A stretch of DNA of 64,000 bases from Candidatus Eremiobacteria bacterium. Its GTDB lineage: Bacteria; Vulcanimicrobiota; Vulcanimicrobiia; Vulcanimicrobiales; Vulcanimicrobiaceae. The stretch is from positions 1,344,001 through 1,408,000 of the forward strand of contig CAVTRC010000001.1 of assembly GCA_963737065.1 (NCBI GenBank), given 5' to 3'. Position numbers and translations under genes: made by a program. The notes below the pieces were generated by a model, which saw only the letters and a list, made by a program, of their open reading frames with translations, was not told the DNA's origin and did no database searches. Positions 1 to 9,722 of the stretch are shown here, one piece after another (the stretch's first letter is position 1; each line of letters begins with the position of its first letter).

Positions 1-492
1 GAGCGCCGTGCGAAGCGAGTTCGAGAGGACGATGTTTGGAATCGGCTGCTTGACCGACGAAGACGTCAGCGCGATGATGCGTCCCCACTGCCGCGCCGTC
101 ATCGCCGGTACGATCGCGTTCACGAGTTCGATCACGTTCCGAAGGATGCCGCGATACGCCGTGTCCCAATCGTCGAGGGACATTTGCGAGAACGTTCCGG
201 GCTTCGGGCCGCCGCTATTCGCGACCAGAATATCGATCTCGCCGTAGGCATCGCGCACGCGATCGAGCATCGCATGAATCGATTTCGCATCGGTCAGATC
301 GACCGTAAATCCGCGCGCATCCGTTGCGCCCTGTGTGTTGGCTTGCGAGGCAACGGCATCGAGCTCGTTCTCGCGCCGCGCGGCGACGGCGAGCGTCACG
401 CCTTCTCGGGCAAGCGCAAGCGCGACCGCTTTGCCGATCCCGGAACTGCCACCCGTCACCAGCGCGACTTTGCCGCGAATTCCTAGATCCAC
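1..492 (-). CDS. SDR family oxidoreductase (runs off window edge)
   Basis: Manual translation from GTG at 492: MDLGIRGKVALVTGGSSGIG (TGxxxGIG Rossmann motif), later WGRIIALTSSSVRQPIPNIVLSN; absent from ORF track because there is no stop in the window. Confidence 0.9.
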   Translation of the reverse strand, partial: MDLGIRGKVALVTGGSSGIGKAVALALAREGVTLAVAARRENELDAVASQANTQGATDARGFTVDLTDAKSIHAMLDRVRDAYGEIDILVANSGGPKPGTFSQMSLDDWDTAYRGILRNVIELVNAIVPAMTARQWGRIIALTSSSVKQPIPNIVLSNSLRTAL

Positions 493-498
493 TTCGTC

Positions 499-1413
499 TC
501 AACTCCAGCTCAGTACGGTATTTGCACCGCAAATAACGACGCCGACGCGTTCGCCGTTCGCAGCATGATACTTGCCGGAAAGCAACGCGGCGTACGCCGC
601 CGCGCCGCCGGGTTCAGCCACGACGCGCGCTTGTTCCCACAGTGAGTGACGGGAAGCAACGATCTCTTCATCGCGCACCAGAACAACGCGATCGACGTAG
701 CGCGCAGCGATCTGATAATTTAATTCGCCGACCCGACGAGGAGCGAGCGAATCGCTCGCGATACCGCCGGCCGGCGCATCGACGGGCCGCCCGGCCGCGA
801 TTGCATCGTGTAGCGTCGGCGCACCTTCCGGTTCGACGGCGACGATCCGAATTCGACCGCCGTACCATGATGCGATGCCCCCGATCAGTCCACCGCCGCC
901 CACCGAAACCAGCAGCGTATCGAGTGAACGTTGTTCGCTCATTTCAAGTCCGACCGTACCTTGACCGCACAGCGTTTCTATCGAGTCGAACGCTTGCACC
1001 GCGAGCGCACCGCTCGCTGCCTGATAAGCAACACTCGCTTCGTATGCATCTTGATAGCGGTCGCCGCCGATCACCAGCTTTGCGCCGTACGATTCGATCC
1101 GTGCAATTTTCGCCGGCGACGTGACCGTCGGAACGAAGATCGTGCACGGGATGTGCAAACGCATCGAAGCGTACGCTACGGCGGCGCCGTGATTGCCGCC
1201 CGATGCCGCGACGACGCCCGCTTGCGGCACGTCGCGCGTGAGCAGGTTGGCGAACGCGCCCCGCACTTTGAACGACCCGGAGTGCTGAAGGTATTCCAGC
1301 TTCAACGTCACGCCGTCGACATCGAGGACCGGCGTGCGACGGATATACGGGCGTATCAGCGTAGACGTACGCGCGATGCGGTCCGGAGTGACGCCCGCGG
1401 CTGCGGTGTGCAT
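499..1413 (-). CDS. PLP-dependent threonine/serine dehydratase
   Basis: KLEYLQHSGSFKVRGA PLP lysine motif, ASGGNHG, VGGGGLIGG; start moved to ATG 1413 to avoid overlapping the divergent ArsR gene. Confidence 0.9.
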   Translation of the reverse strand: MHTAAAGVTPDRIARTSTLIRPYIRRTPVLDVDGVTLKLEYLQHSGSFKVRGAFANLLTRDVPQAGVVAASGGNHGAAVAYASMRLHIPCTIFVPTVTSPAKIARIESYGAKLVIGGDRYQDAYEASVAYQAASGALAVQAFDSIETLCGQGTVGLEMSEQRSLDTLLVSVGGGGLIGGIASWYGGRIRIVAVEPEGAPTLHDAIAAGRPVDAPAGGIASDSLAPRRVGELNYQIAARYVDRVVLVRDEEIVASRHSLWEQARVVAEPGGAAAYAALLSGKYHAANGERVGVVICGANTVLSWS

Positions 1414-1449
1414 ATTGACATTTAATTTGATACTTAGCAAAATTGCAAT

Positions 1450-1749
1450 ATGCCTATGCCCGAAGCGCTGCGGGCGCTCTCGAACGCTAAGCGCTTGGCG
1501 ATTCTCAAGTGGTTGAAAAATCCGCGAGCGCATTTTCCGCCGCAGGTCGACGGGGATCTCGTCAAGGACGGCGTTTGCGGCGTGTTTATCGCAGAGAAGC
1601 TCGGCATCAGTCAGCCGACCGCAAGCGAGCACTTACGGGTGCTTGCGCAGGCCGGCCTGATTCGCGGCAAACGGATTAAGCAGTGGACGTTCTACAAACG
1701 CGACGAGGCGAAGATCGCCGAAGTCAAGCGCGCACTCAAGGAGATTTAG
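1450..1749 (+). CDS. ArsR/SmtB family transcriptional regulator
   Basis: ALSNAKRLAILKWL...GISQPTASEHLRVLAQAGLI winged-helix signature. Confidence 0.9.
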   Translation: MPMPEALRALSNAKRLAILKWLKNPRAHFPPQVDGDLVKDGVCGVFIAEKLGISQPTASEHLRVLAQAGLIRGKRIKQWTFYKRDEAKIAEVKRALKEI

Positions 1750-1753
1750 TATT

Positions 1754-2167
1754 GTGAAGACGGCCGGCAGCTTCGTACCGGTGGTGCGAAGTGGAAATTT
1801 GATGTTCGTGAGCGGACACGTGTCGGGAACGGGCGACGATCCGGTTTGCGGCAAGGCGGGCGCCGATCAAACGATCGAACGCGCATACGAGGGCGCGCGG
1901 CGCGTCGGCGACGCGCTGCTCGCGACGATCCAGCGTGAAGTCGGATCGCTCGATCGTGTGGCGCGCATCGTTAAAGTTCTCGGTTTCGTCAACGCGGCGC
2001 CCGATTTCACGGCGATGCCCGCGGTGATCAACGGCGTCTCCGACCGCTTAGTCGAGGTCCTCGGCGCGCGCGGCGAGCACGCGCGAAGCGCAGTCGGTGT
2101 CGCTTCGCTTCCGTTTGCGTCGACCGTTGAAGCTGAACTCATCGCAGAGATTCATGAGGTGCAATGA
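1754..2167 (+). CDS. RidA/YjgF family protein
   Basis: VRSGNLMFVSG, KVLGFVN, HARSAVGVASLP. Confidence 0.9.
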   Translation: MKTAGSFVPVVRSGNLMFVSGHVSGTGDDPVCGKAGADQTIERAYEGARRVGDALLATIQREVGSLDRVARIVKVLGFVNAAPDFTAMPAVINGVSDRLVEVLGARGEHARSAVGVASLPFASTVEAELIAEIHEVQ

Positions 2168-3060
2168 TGTCCTATACGTATCACATCGTCGATGTCTTCA
2201 CGCGCGTTCCGTTCGAAGGTAACGCGCTTGCCGTCTTTCCGGACGCTACAGGTCTCGATACGGTGACGATGCAAAAGATCGCGCGGGAACTGAATCTCTC
2301 GGAGACCTCGTTCATCTTTCCGAAGCACTCCCGCGAAGGCTCGACGCGCGTACGCATCTTCACGCCGGCGTACGAGATGGAGTTCGCAGGCCATCCAACC
2401 ATCGGCACCGCCTACGTCATGCGCTCCACGGGAATCGTCCCGCGCACCGCGCGGAGTTTTGCGTTAGAGGAAAACGTCGGCGTGGTTCCGGTGCGTGTCG
2501 AAGACGGCGAAGAGCCGTTGCTTTGGCTCACGACACCGCCAATCCACGATCTCGGCAGCTTCGATCGCGCACAATGCGCGGCTGCGATTGGGCTCGACGA
2601 AGCCGATGTGCTGCCCGGCGTTCCGTGCGAGTTCCTCTCTGCGGGCAACCCATCGATCTATGTGGCGCTGCGAGACAAAGCAACGGTGGACCGTGCCGCG
2701 ATCGACACGACGCAATTCTATAACCTGATTCGTGGACGCAGCGAACTCGCGTGCGCGTTCGTGTTTACGCCGACGGCTGAAGGAGCATACTCGCGCATGT
2801 TCGCGCCGGAATACGGGATCGTCGAGGATCCCGCAACCGGAAGCTCAACCGGACCCCTTGCCGCATTCATGATGCGCCATAAGCTGGTTTCACATTCCGA
2901 CGGCACGCGATTCGTCAGCGAACAGGGAACGAAGATGAAGCGCCGCAGCCTTTTGCACGTCTTCATTCACGGCGAAAACGGCGCAAACGGTATCGAAGTC
3001 GGCGGCCACGTCACGCCGGTCGCGACCGCGACGCTCGCGCTGGAGGGCGTTCCCGCGTGA
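2164..3060 (+). CDS. PhzF family isomerase
   Basis: VDVFT..FEGN, NLSETSF, FAGHPTIG, EDPATGS. Confidence 0.92.
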   Translation: MMSYTYHIVDVFTRVPFEGNALAVFPDATGLDTVTMQKIARELNLSETSFIFPKHSREGSTRVRIFTPAYEMEFAGHPTIGTAYVMRSTGIVPRTARSFALEENVGVVPVRVEDGEEPLLWLTTPPIHDLGSFDRAQCAAAIGLDEADVLPGVPCEFLSAGNPSIYVALRDKATVDRAAIDTTQFYNLIRGRSELACAFVFTPTAEGAYSRMFAPEYGIVEDPATGSSTGPLAAFMMRHKLVSHSDGTRFVSEQGTKMKRRSLLHVFIHGENGANGIEVGGHVTPVATATLALEGVPA

Positions 3061-3078
3061 TACGGTACTCTTGCCGCC

Positions 3079-3477
3079 ATGGCTCGAACTGATCCGCGCG
3101 TCACCACCGAGCGCCGCACGGAGATCGTCTTTCCTCAGGACAGCAATGCGTACGGGAATTTGTTCGGCGGGAAGGCCGTCTCGATGATGGATGTGGTCGG
3201 CGGTATCGCAGCCACGCGTGCGTGCCGCAAACCGGTCGTCACGGTTTCGATCGATCGCATCGACTTCAAGCAGCCCATTCGCACCGGCGAGTTCGTCGAC
3301 ACGGTCGCGCACGTCGTGAAGCTCGGCCGGACGTCGATCGGCGTCGAAGTCGAGCTTTGGGGCGAGCATCCCACGACCGGCGAACGGCGTTTGGCGACGG
3401 TCGGAAAGTTTATCTATGTCGCGGTGACGCCGGACGGAAAACCAACGCCCGTCCAGGGTGACGACGCAAATCCGTAA
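3079..3477 (+). CDS. acyl-CoA thioesterase (hotdog fold)
   Basis: VFPQDSNAYGNLFGG...VVTVSIDRIDFKQPI...GRTSI. Confidence 0.9.
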   Translation: MARTDPRVTTERRTEIVFPQDSNAYGNLFGGKAVSMMDVVGGIAATRACRKPVVTVSIDRIDFKQPIRTGEFVDTVAHVVKLGRTSIGVEVELWGEHPTTGERRLATVGKFIYVAVTPDGKPTPVQGDDANP

Positions 3478-3484
3478 AAGGCGC

Positions 3485-3514
3485 TTGTCGACGGGGCACG
3501 GTCTTTGATACACT
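3485..3514 (+). promoter_or_regulatory. putative sigma70 promoter for rpsO
   Basis: TTGTCG (3485-3490), 18 bp spacer, extended -10 TGa-TACACT (3506-3514). Confidence 0.55.
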
Positions 3515-3587
3515 CACCCGGTCGCCGAAGCGGAGCACGCGGAGCGGGCCCTGCATTCGAGCGAGACCATCCTGCTAAGGAGCAATC

Positions 3588-3857
3588 GTGCCTCTCACCA
3601 AGGAACAAAAGGCGGAAATCGCGTCGAAGTACGGCCGCGGATCGAACGACACCGGCTCTGCTGAAGTCCAGATCGCGATTCTCACCGCGTCGATCAACCA
3701 GCTCACCGAGCACCTCAAGATCCACAAGAAGGACCACCATAGCCGACGCGGCCTGCTGCTGCAAGTCGGTCAACGTCGCCGCTTGCTGAACTACCTGCAA
3801 GCGAAGGATCTCGAGCGCTATCGAGCGTTGATTTCGGATCTCGGTCTACGCCGCTAA
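3588..3857 (+). CDS. rpsO: 30S ribosomal protein S15
   Basis: [13 protein letters not shown]...[12 protein letters not shown]...LGLRR; AAGGAG SD before GTG. Confidence 0.98.
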   Translation: MPLTKEQKAEIASKYGRGSNDTGSAEVQIAILTASINQLTEHLKIHKKDHHSRRGLLLQVGQRRRLLNYLQAKDLERYRALISDLGLRR

Positions 3858-3877
3858 AATAGCGATACAGCAGTAAA

Positions 3878-3918
3878 AACAAGGCGCCGGCGATCTTCAC
3901 CGGCGTCTTTGTTGTTTA
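3878..3918 (+). terminator. intrinsic terminator after rpsO
   Basis: AACAAGGCGCCGG / CCGGCGTCTTTGTT stem followed by T-rich tail. Confidence 0.75.
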
Positions 3919-4006
3919 TTCCGATTCTGTTGCGACCGCTTGTGCTATGGCGTGTGGAAGTGAAGATGTAATCGCGTTCATTCCTTACGGTGAGCGTGCT
4001 CGCCGG

Positions 4007-5023
4007 TTACGCGCGCTTGCGCTTGTATGCGCGACGTGCCGCTTCTTTGATCGCGGCCGTTCCCATGCCGTAGTATTCAATCAATTCAAGCGGATCGCCT
4101 GATTGCCCGAATTGATCCTGCACGCCGATGAATTCAATCGGCGCGGGATGATGCTGAGCCAGGATTTCCGCAACGCGCGAACCCATGCCGGCGTGAACTT
4201 GGTGCTCTTCGACCGTGACGACCGCTGCACAACTTTGCCCTGCATCGACGATGGCCGGTTCATCCATTGGTTTTACGGTGTGGTTGTTCAGAACCCGACA
4301 CTCGATTCCATCTTCACGCGAGAGTTCGTCGGCTGCAACGAGCGCGTTGTAGACGAGGATACCGCAAGCGATGATCGCAACGTCGTTGCCTTCGCGGAAC
4401 GTTTGCGCTTTACCGATCTCGAACGGCGTCTGATCGGTAGTGATCACCGGCGATTTGTCGCGCGCGAAGCGCAAGTACGTTGGACCGAACGTTTCGGAGA
4501 GCGCGATCGTCGCTTTCTTCGTCTGCACCGAGTCGCACGGCACGACGACGAACATGTGCGGAATCACGCGCATGATGGCGATGTCTTCGATCGCCTGGTG
4601 CGTCGCGCCGTCGGGTCCCACCGAAACGCCCGCATGCGCGCCCGCAATCTTGACGTTTGTTTCGTTGAGCGCCATGATGGTGCGCACTTGCTCCCACGAG
4701 CGCCCAGGGTTGAACATCGCGTACGACGCGATCCACGGGATCTTTCCCGTCGCCGCGAGACCGCCCGCCATAGCAACGAGCATCTGCTCCATGACGCCGA
4801 TCTCGAGATATTGCGTCGGATGCGCCTTCTTGAACCCTTCCATGCGGGTGGATTCCGCAAGGTCGGCGCAAATGGCCAGGACGTCTTTATTGCGATTTCC
4901 CGCCTCGATCAAACCTTCGCCGAATCCGTTACGCGTCGGAACTTGCTTCAGTTCATCACGATTGCGGTAGTCGACTAGATGCATCGCAAGGGCGGCCGCG
5001 TCGATCACGTCGGTGCTAGACAT
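4007..5023 (-). CDS. transketolase, C-terminal subunit
   Basis: ADLAEST, EIGVMEQ, GPDGATHQAIEDIAIMR, VTVEEH. Confidence 0.93.
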   Translation of the reverse strand: MSSTDVIDAAALAMHLVDYRNRDELKQVPTRNGFGEGLIEAGNRNKDVLAICADLAESTRMEGFKKAHPTQYLEIGVMEQMLVAMAGGLAATGKIPWIASYAMFNPGRSWEQVRTIMALNETNVKIAGAHAGVSVGPDGATHQAIEDIAIMRVIPHMFVVVPCDSVQTKKATIALSETFGPTYLRFARDKSPVITTDQTPFEIGKAQTFREGNDVAIIACGILVYNALVAADELSREDGIECRVLNNHTVKPMDEPAIVDAGQSCAAVVTVEEHQVHAGMGSRVAEILAQHHPAPIEFIGVQDQFGQSGDPLELIEYYGMGTAAIKEAARRAYKRKRA

Positions 5024-5873
5024 TCGCGAGGATCCTTTCGCGTTGCGACTGCAGTTCGGTCAGCGCTTCATCGGCTTGCGCTTTATTCGGCGGCTTACCG
5101 TGCCAGGTATAATCGCCTTCCATGTAACTGACGCCCTTGCCGGGAATCGTGTGCGCGATGATGACTTGCGGTTTGCCTTTCACTTGCTTTGCGCGCTCGG
5201 CGGTTTCGATGAACTCGGCCATATCGTTACCGTCGCACTGAAAGACTTCCCAGTTGAATGCGCGATATTTGTCGGCAAGCGGCTCGAGCGGCATGATCTC
5301 TTCCGTACTGCCGTCGATTTGAATGAAGTTCCGGTCGACGATATTCGTAAGATTGTCGAGCGCGAACTTTCCTGCCGTCATCACCGCTTCCCAATGCAAG
5401 CCGCATTCATGTTCCGCGTCGGACGTGATAACATACACACGCCAGTCTTTGTTGTCGAGTTTCGCGCTGATCGCCATACCAGTGCCTTGCGCAAGCCCCT
5501 CCCCAAGCGGACCCGACGTCGTTTCTAGCGACGGCATCTTCACGCGTTCGGGATGGCCTTGCAGGCGCGAGCCGAATTTGCGCAGCGTCAACAACTCTTC
5601 GACCGGAAAATAGCCGAAGTTCGCCATCGCGGAGTAACGAACGGGCGCGATATGACCGCACGAGAGCAGCAATCGATCGCGATCTTCCCATTGCGGACGT
5701 TGCGGATCGTTTCGGACGATCGCGCCGTAGAGCGCGGTAAAAACATCGGCCATGTCGAGCGAACCGGCCGAGTGTCCGGAGCCCGCCGCTAAAAGCGAGC
5801 GAATGATCCCCTGCCGAACGTCATTCGCCTTCAGTTTGAGCTCCTTGAGGCGCTCTGCGGTAACGGATTGCAT
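5016..5873 (-). CDS. transketolase, N-terminal (TPP-binding) subunit
   Basis: SGHSAGSL, DRDRLLLSCGH, LQGHP, TTSGPLGEG, GKGVSYME, WHGK. Confidence 0.93.
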   Translation of the reverse strand: MQSVTAERLKELKLKANDVRQGIIRSLLAAGSGHSAGSLDMADVFTALYGAIVRNDPQRPQWEDRDRLLLSCGHIAPVRYSAMANFGYFPVEELLTLRKFGSRLQGHPERVKMPSLETTSGPLGEGLAQGTGMAISAKLDNKDWRVYVITSDAEHECGLHWEAVMTAGKFALDNLTNIVDRNFIQIDGSTEEIMPLEPLADKYRAFNWEVFQCDGNDMAEFIETAERAKQVKGKPQVIIAHTIPGKGVSYMEGDYTWHGKPPNKAQADEALTELQSQRERILANV

Positions 5874-5883
5874 ACGGCACTTG

Positions 5884-6339
5884 TTATACCAGAGGTGGCC
5901 GGATCGGACCTAGCGGCTCGGTCGGCTGCGTCCTTGCCTGTCGTTTCGTCACCGCTTTATGGCACGAAAGGCACAACGTCTCGAGATTGCTTAAGTGATG
6001 CAGGCAGCTCAACCGCACGTGCGCGCCACGTGCTTGTTCGATGTGATTGACTTCCACGCGATGGGTTCTGCGTAACGCGCTATAGTTTGGCGTTCCACGC
6101 TTGGGCGCGCGTTCGCCGCAGCGTCTGCAACGATACCGATCGCGCCGTTTCGCCGCGCGGCGCGCGAGCGTCCACCAGTGATTCGTCCAAAACGCGTTCG
6201 CGCATTTGTCGCTGCACCAGGTTCGCCGGCGTTTCGGTAACGCGCATCCACACCAAGTGCAGCCTTCGCGCATCCGGTGCACGAGCGAACATGTCTCCAT
6301 CAACGTACGAGAGCGATACACGGGCTGCTTTCCATCCAT
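5884..6339 (-). CDS. small Zn-finger/HNH endonuclease-like protein
   Basis: CTWC, WCSDKC, RDRYRCRRCG, VEVNHI, NLETLCLSCH. Confidence 0.75.
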   Translation of the reverse strand: MDGKQPVYRSRTLMETCSLVHRMREGCTWCGCALPKRRRTWCSDKCANAFWTNHWWTLARRAAKRRDRYRCRRCGERAPKRGTPNYSALRRTHRVEVNHIEQARGAHVRLSCLHHLSNLETLCLSCHKAVTKRQARTQPTEPLGPIRPPLV

Positions 6340-6510
6340 CGTTCGAGATCGATCGCGGTCAGCGGCTACGCGACCGCAAAACTCCTTACGTGTATTTTGA
6401 CGCGCGCGCTGAGGATCGCTGCACGGTCCTCCGCAGTTCCGGCGCGCTTTATGCTTGCTGCGCGTTCGTTACGGGCCGCGTCACTCCGTGTGCAACGATG
6501 GCCGCTTGGC

Positions 6511-8151
6511 TCAATAGCCTAGCGCGGCCCCCGCGGGATAGCGGCGATCCGTGCCGCCGTAACGCACGCCGGTTTTCGGATCGATGACGATCGCCTGCGC
6601 GGAACCCCAGAACGGAACTTCCGAAAACACATAGCCGTCGGTGCGTAACGCGTTCATTACCTGCGCCGTGAATGCATGCGGTTCGTATTCAATCCGGTCG
6701 GGCAGCCATTGCATGTGAAAGCGCGGCGCGTCCACCGCCTGTTGCACGTTCATCCCAAAATCGAACACGTTGAGGATCGTTTCGAGCGCGATCGTAATGA
6801 TGCGCGATCCGCCCGGACTCCCGGTCACCATCGCCAGTTTGCCGTCGCGCACCACCATCGTCGGCGTCATCGAGGAGAGCGGCCGTTTTTCGGGTCGAAT
6901 ATCGTTGCGCTCGCCCTGCACGAGGCCGTACATGTTCGGGACGCCCGGTTTTGACGTAAAATCGTCCATCTCGTCGTTGAGAAAGAATCCCGTATGCGGC
7001 GCGACGACACCGGCACCAAACCAGTCGTTGATCGTGTACGTGACGGCGACCGCGTTACCGTCCTTGTCGACGATCGAGTAATGCGTCGTGTCGTCGTTCT
7101 CGTTCACAACCGCACCGAGGCCCGGCTTCACTTCGTTTGACGGTGTCGCTGCTTGCGGAGCAATCGAATGACGCAACGACGCCGCGTATGCGGGATCGAG
7201 CATTTCCGCAATGGGATCGCGAACGAACGCCGGATCGCCGAGATACGTGTTGCGATCGGCATACGCGCGGCGTTCCGCTTCTACGACGTAATGCGTCTCT
7301 CGCGTACTGTGCCATCCCCAACGCGCAAGCGGGTACGGCGCGATGACGTTGAGGATTTCGCAGAGCGTTACGCCGCCCGAACTCGGCGGCGGCGCGGATA
7401 CAATGTCGAGATCGTGATATGCGCAGTGCACAGGTTGCGATTCACCGACGGTATAGCCGGCAAAATCCCGCATCGTCATAATGCCGCCATTTTGCTTCGA
7501 CGCGTCCACGATGCTACGCGCAATTCCACCACGGTAAAAGGCGTCATCGCCGCCGCGCGCGATGGATTCTAGTGAAGCGGCAAGATCGGGCTGAACGATG
7601 CGTTCGCCAACGTCCGGCTTTTTTCCGAATGCCCACCCGCTGTAACGTTCAGCGGGTGAACCCTGGAACGGAATCATATCGCCCGCTTCAATGACGTAGC
7701 CGTGACGGGCGAGATCGATCGCCCGGGACATAACGCGTGCGCGCGCCATCGTCCCATACTCACGTAATGCGCGATCGAGTCCCATCACCGTTCCCGGGAC
7801 GCCGATAGCGAGCCAGCCCTTGCGCGATTTGTTCGGATCAACGTTCCCGCGACGATCCAGATACATGTCGCGCGAAGCGTGCTCAGGCGCCTTCTCGCGG
7901 AAATCTATGAATCGCTCGCGTCCGTTGTGCATCCGGATGAGCATGAATCCGCCGCCGCCGATGTTTCCACAACACGGATCCACGACGGCAAGCGCATATC
8001 CCACGGCCACCGCGGCGTCGACGGCGTTACCTCCCGCTTTGAGGACGTCGATGCCGGCTTGTGTTGCAAGGCGCTGTTCTGTGGCCACCATCGCATGTGT
8101 GCCGGCTACCGGGGTAAGAGCGTTGGCGAAAACCAGTGCAGCAAATAGCAT
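6511..8151 (-). CDS. ggt: gamma-glutamyltransferase
   Basis: GGNAVDAAVA, IDFREKAP, nucleophile TTHYSIVD, LNDEMDDF, KRPLSSMTP, GSPGGSRII. Confidence 0.95.
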   Translation of the reverse strand: MLFAALVFANALTPVAGTHAMVATEQRLATQAGIDVLKAGGNAVDAAVAVGYALAVVDPCCGNIGGGGFMLIRMHNGRERFIDFREKAPEHASRDMYLDRRGNVDPNKSRKGWLAIGVPGTVMGLDRALREYGTMARARVMSRAIDLARHGYVIEAGDMIPFQGSPAERYSGWAFGKKPDVGERIVQPDLAASLESIARGGDDAFYRGGIARSIVDASKQNGGIMTMRDFAGYTVGESQPVHCAYHDLDIVSAPPPSSGGVTLCEILNVIAPYPLARWGWHSTRETHYVVEAERRAYADRNTYLGDPAFVRDPIAEMLDPAYAASLRHSIAPQAATPSNEVKPGLGAVVNENDDTTHYSIVDKDGNAVAVTYTINDWFGAGVVAPHTGFFLNDEMDDFTSKPGVPNMYGLVQGERNDIRPEKRPLSSMTPTMVVRDGKLAMVTGSPGGSRIITIALETILNVFDFGMNVQQAVDAPRFHMQWLPDRIEYEPHAFTAQVMNALRTDGYVFSEVPFWGSAQAIVIDPKTGVRYGGTDRRYPAGAALGY

Positions 8152-8225
8152 CGTCGTGTTGTTCTTCTGTGAGGATTAACCGGAATCATCGCTAAGAACA
8201 ATTCGCGTATACTTGCTACATCAAT

Positions 8226-9578
8226 ATGTGGTCTAACGGACCAAACGTGAGCGACCGGCACCGCAAGCGGCACGTGGAGCGCCGTATTGCGCGGTACGCT
8301 ATATTGACCGTTGTCGTCATTGCGGCGATTCTCACGGCGTTCTACGAACTGCGCGTGCTTGAGGGCAGCGAGGAACGCGCCGACGCGCTCCGCCTGAAAG
8401 CGAACCTCCTGCTCGCGGCACAGATCAACGAAGAGACCGCGGTGCGCGGATACACCGTAACCGCCGACCGCCGTTTTCTTTCGCCGTATTATGCGGGCAA
8501 AGCCGAACTCGAGCGTTCCGCGGATCAACTGACCTTCTATTTGCGATCGCACCCGCGTGAAGTACACGCGGTGACAGACTTTACGTCGCTTCATCGTACT
8601 TGGGAAAATGCCGTGGCGCAGCCGGTGTTGCGCGATCCCGCCTTGGGTCGTGAGCTTGCACTCGAATTGAACGGCAAGCACCTCATGGATACGATGCGCG
8701 CGCAAATCGCTACGCTGGACGCCCTCGCCGCGCGGGATGAGAGCGCGAACACCCGGCGCACGCATCTCGTGCAATACATCGAGGCGCTCGGGATCGTCGC
8801 CGTTATCGCGATCATCGTCGTCTATTCCCTTATAAACGAACGGCGTTCCGCCGCGGTGCAAGAACAAGCATTTGCAGAAATCGCCGAGACGAGCGCCACG
8901 GCGACCCGCGTCGGGGAGTGGCGGATGAAAATCATAGCGATGCTCGCTCACGATTTCAAATCGGCACTCACCGTGATCTCCGCGTGCGCCGACGTGCTGC
9001 AAGAATTCCCCGAAAAACGCGACGACCCCGGGCCATATCGCGGCATTCATGAATCGGTGGAAGAGCTGTCCGACATGACGGATGAAGCGCTCTTTATGGC
9101 CCGCATTGCGAGCGACGCGTTGAAGATCAAGCGAGAACGCGTTGAACTTGCGCCCGTACTCGAAAGCGTCGCTGCACGATACCGCGCAGTGCATCCGATC
9201 GACGTGCGCGTCAAAGACGAAGCGGTGGAAGGCGATGAAGCGTACTTACTGCGTGCATTCGATAACATCGTCAGCAACGCAACGAAGTATTCGGCGCCGT
9301 TTCAGCCGATCGATATCGAAACGCGGCGCCATGGCAACGAAATCGAAGTCTTGGTTCGCGATCGCGGCCAAGGCATCAACCCGGACGACGTGCCGCACAT
9401 TTTTGAAGAGTACTGGCGCAGTCCGCACGCGGCCGGCGTTGCCGGTGCCGGCGTCGGGCTCTTCATCGTTCGAAAAATCATCGACGCACACGGTGGCTCC
9501 ATCGACACGGTCAGCCGTCCGGGCATTGGGACTACGCTCTACGTCCGTCTTCCGGCGGCAAACGAGCCAGCTAAATAA
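8226..9578 (+). CDS. membrane sensor histidine kinase with CHASE3-like domain
   Basis: two TM segments, ETAVRGY..T.DRRFL.PY, H-box AHDFKS, NIVSNATKYS, DRGQGI, GVGLFI. Confidence 0.9.
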   Translation: MWSNGPNVSDRHRKRHVERRIARYAILTVVVIAAILTAFYELRVLEGSEERADALRLKANLLLAAQINEETAVRGYTVTADRRFLSPYYAGKAELERSADQLTFYLRSHPREVHAVTDFTSLHRTWENAVAQPVLRDPALGRELALELNGKHLMDTMRAQIATLDALAARDESANTRRTHLVQYIEALGIVAVIAIIVVYSLINERRSAAVQEQAFAEIAETSATATRVGEWRMKIIAMLAHDFKSALTVISACADVLQEFPEKRDDPGPYRGIHESVEELSDMTDEALFMARIASDALKIKRERVELAPVLESVAARYRAVHPIDVRVKDEAVEGDEAYLLRAFDNIVSNATKYSAPFQPIDIETRRHGNEIEVLVRDRGQGINPDDVPHIFEEYWRSPHAAGVAGAGVGLFIVRKIIDAHGGSIDTVSRPGIGTTLYVRLPAANEPAK

Positions 9579-9681
9579 GCGCACGCGTATTACCGCGTGA
9601 AGATATTTCACCGGTGAATGCGCAAACTCGCGTCCGCCGGTCTGCTATCCCGACGTATCGTGTGAACGAGCGCTAAAGAAG

Positions 9682-9710
9682 ATCGGCCGGCAAACGCCTC
9701 GCCGGCCGAT
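9682..9710 (-). terminator. terminator hairpin between convergent kinase and regulator genes
   Basis: ATCGGCCGGC / GCCGGCCGAT perfect 10-bp stem; CTTCTTT tail on minus strand. Confidence 0.65.
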
Positions 9711-9722
9711 GTTGTACTGCGG

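Noticed and set aside
6284..6300. LexA-box-like CGAACATGT in the HNH gene
   Set aside because: Second half-site GTTC is missing and the site is inside the coding region
5884..6510. IscB/HEARO-type RNA-guided nuclease
   Set aside because: Protein is only 151 aa and lacks PLMP and RuvC motifs
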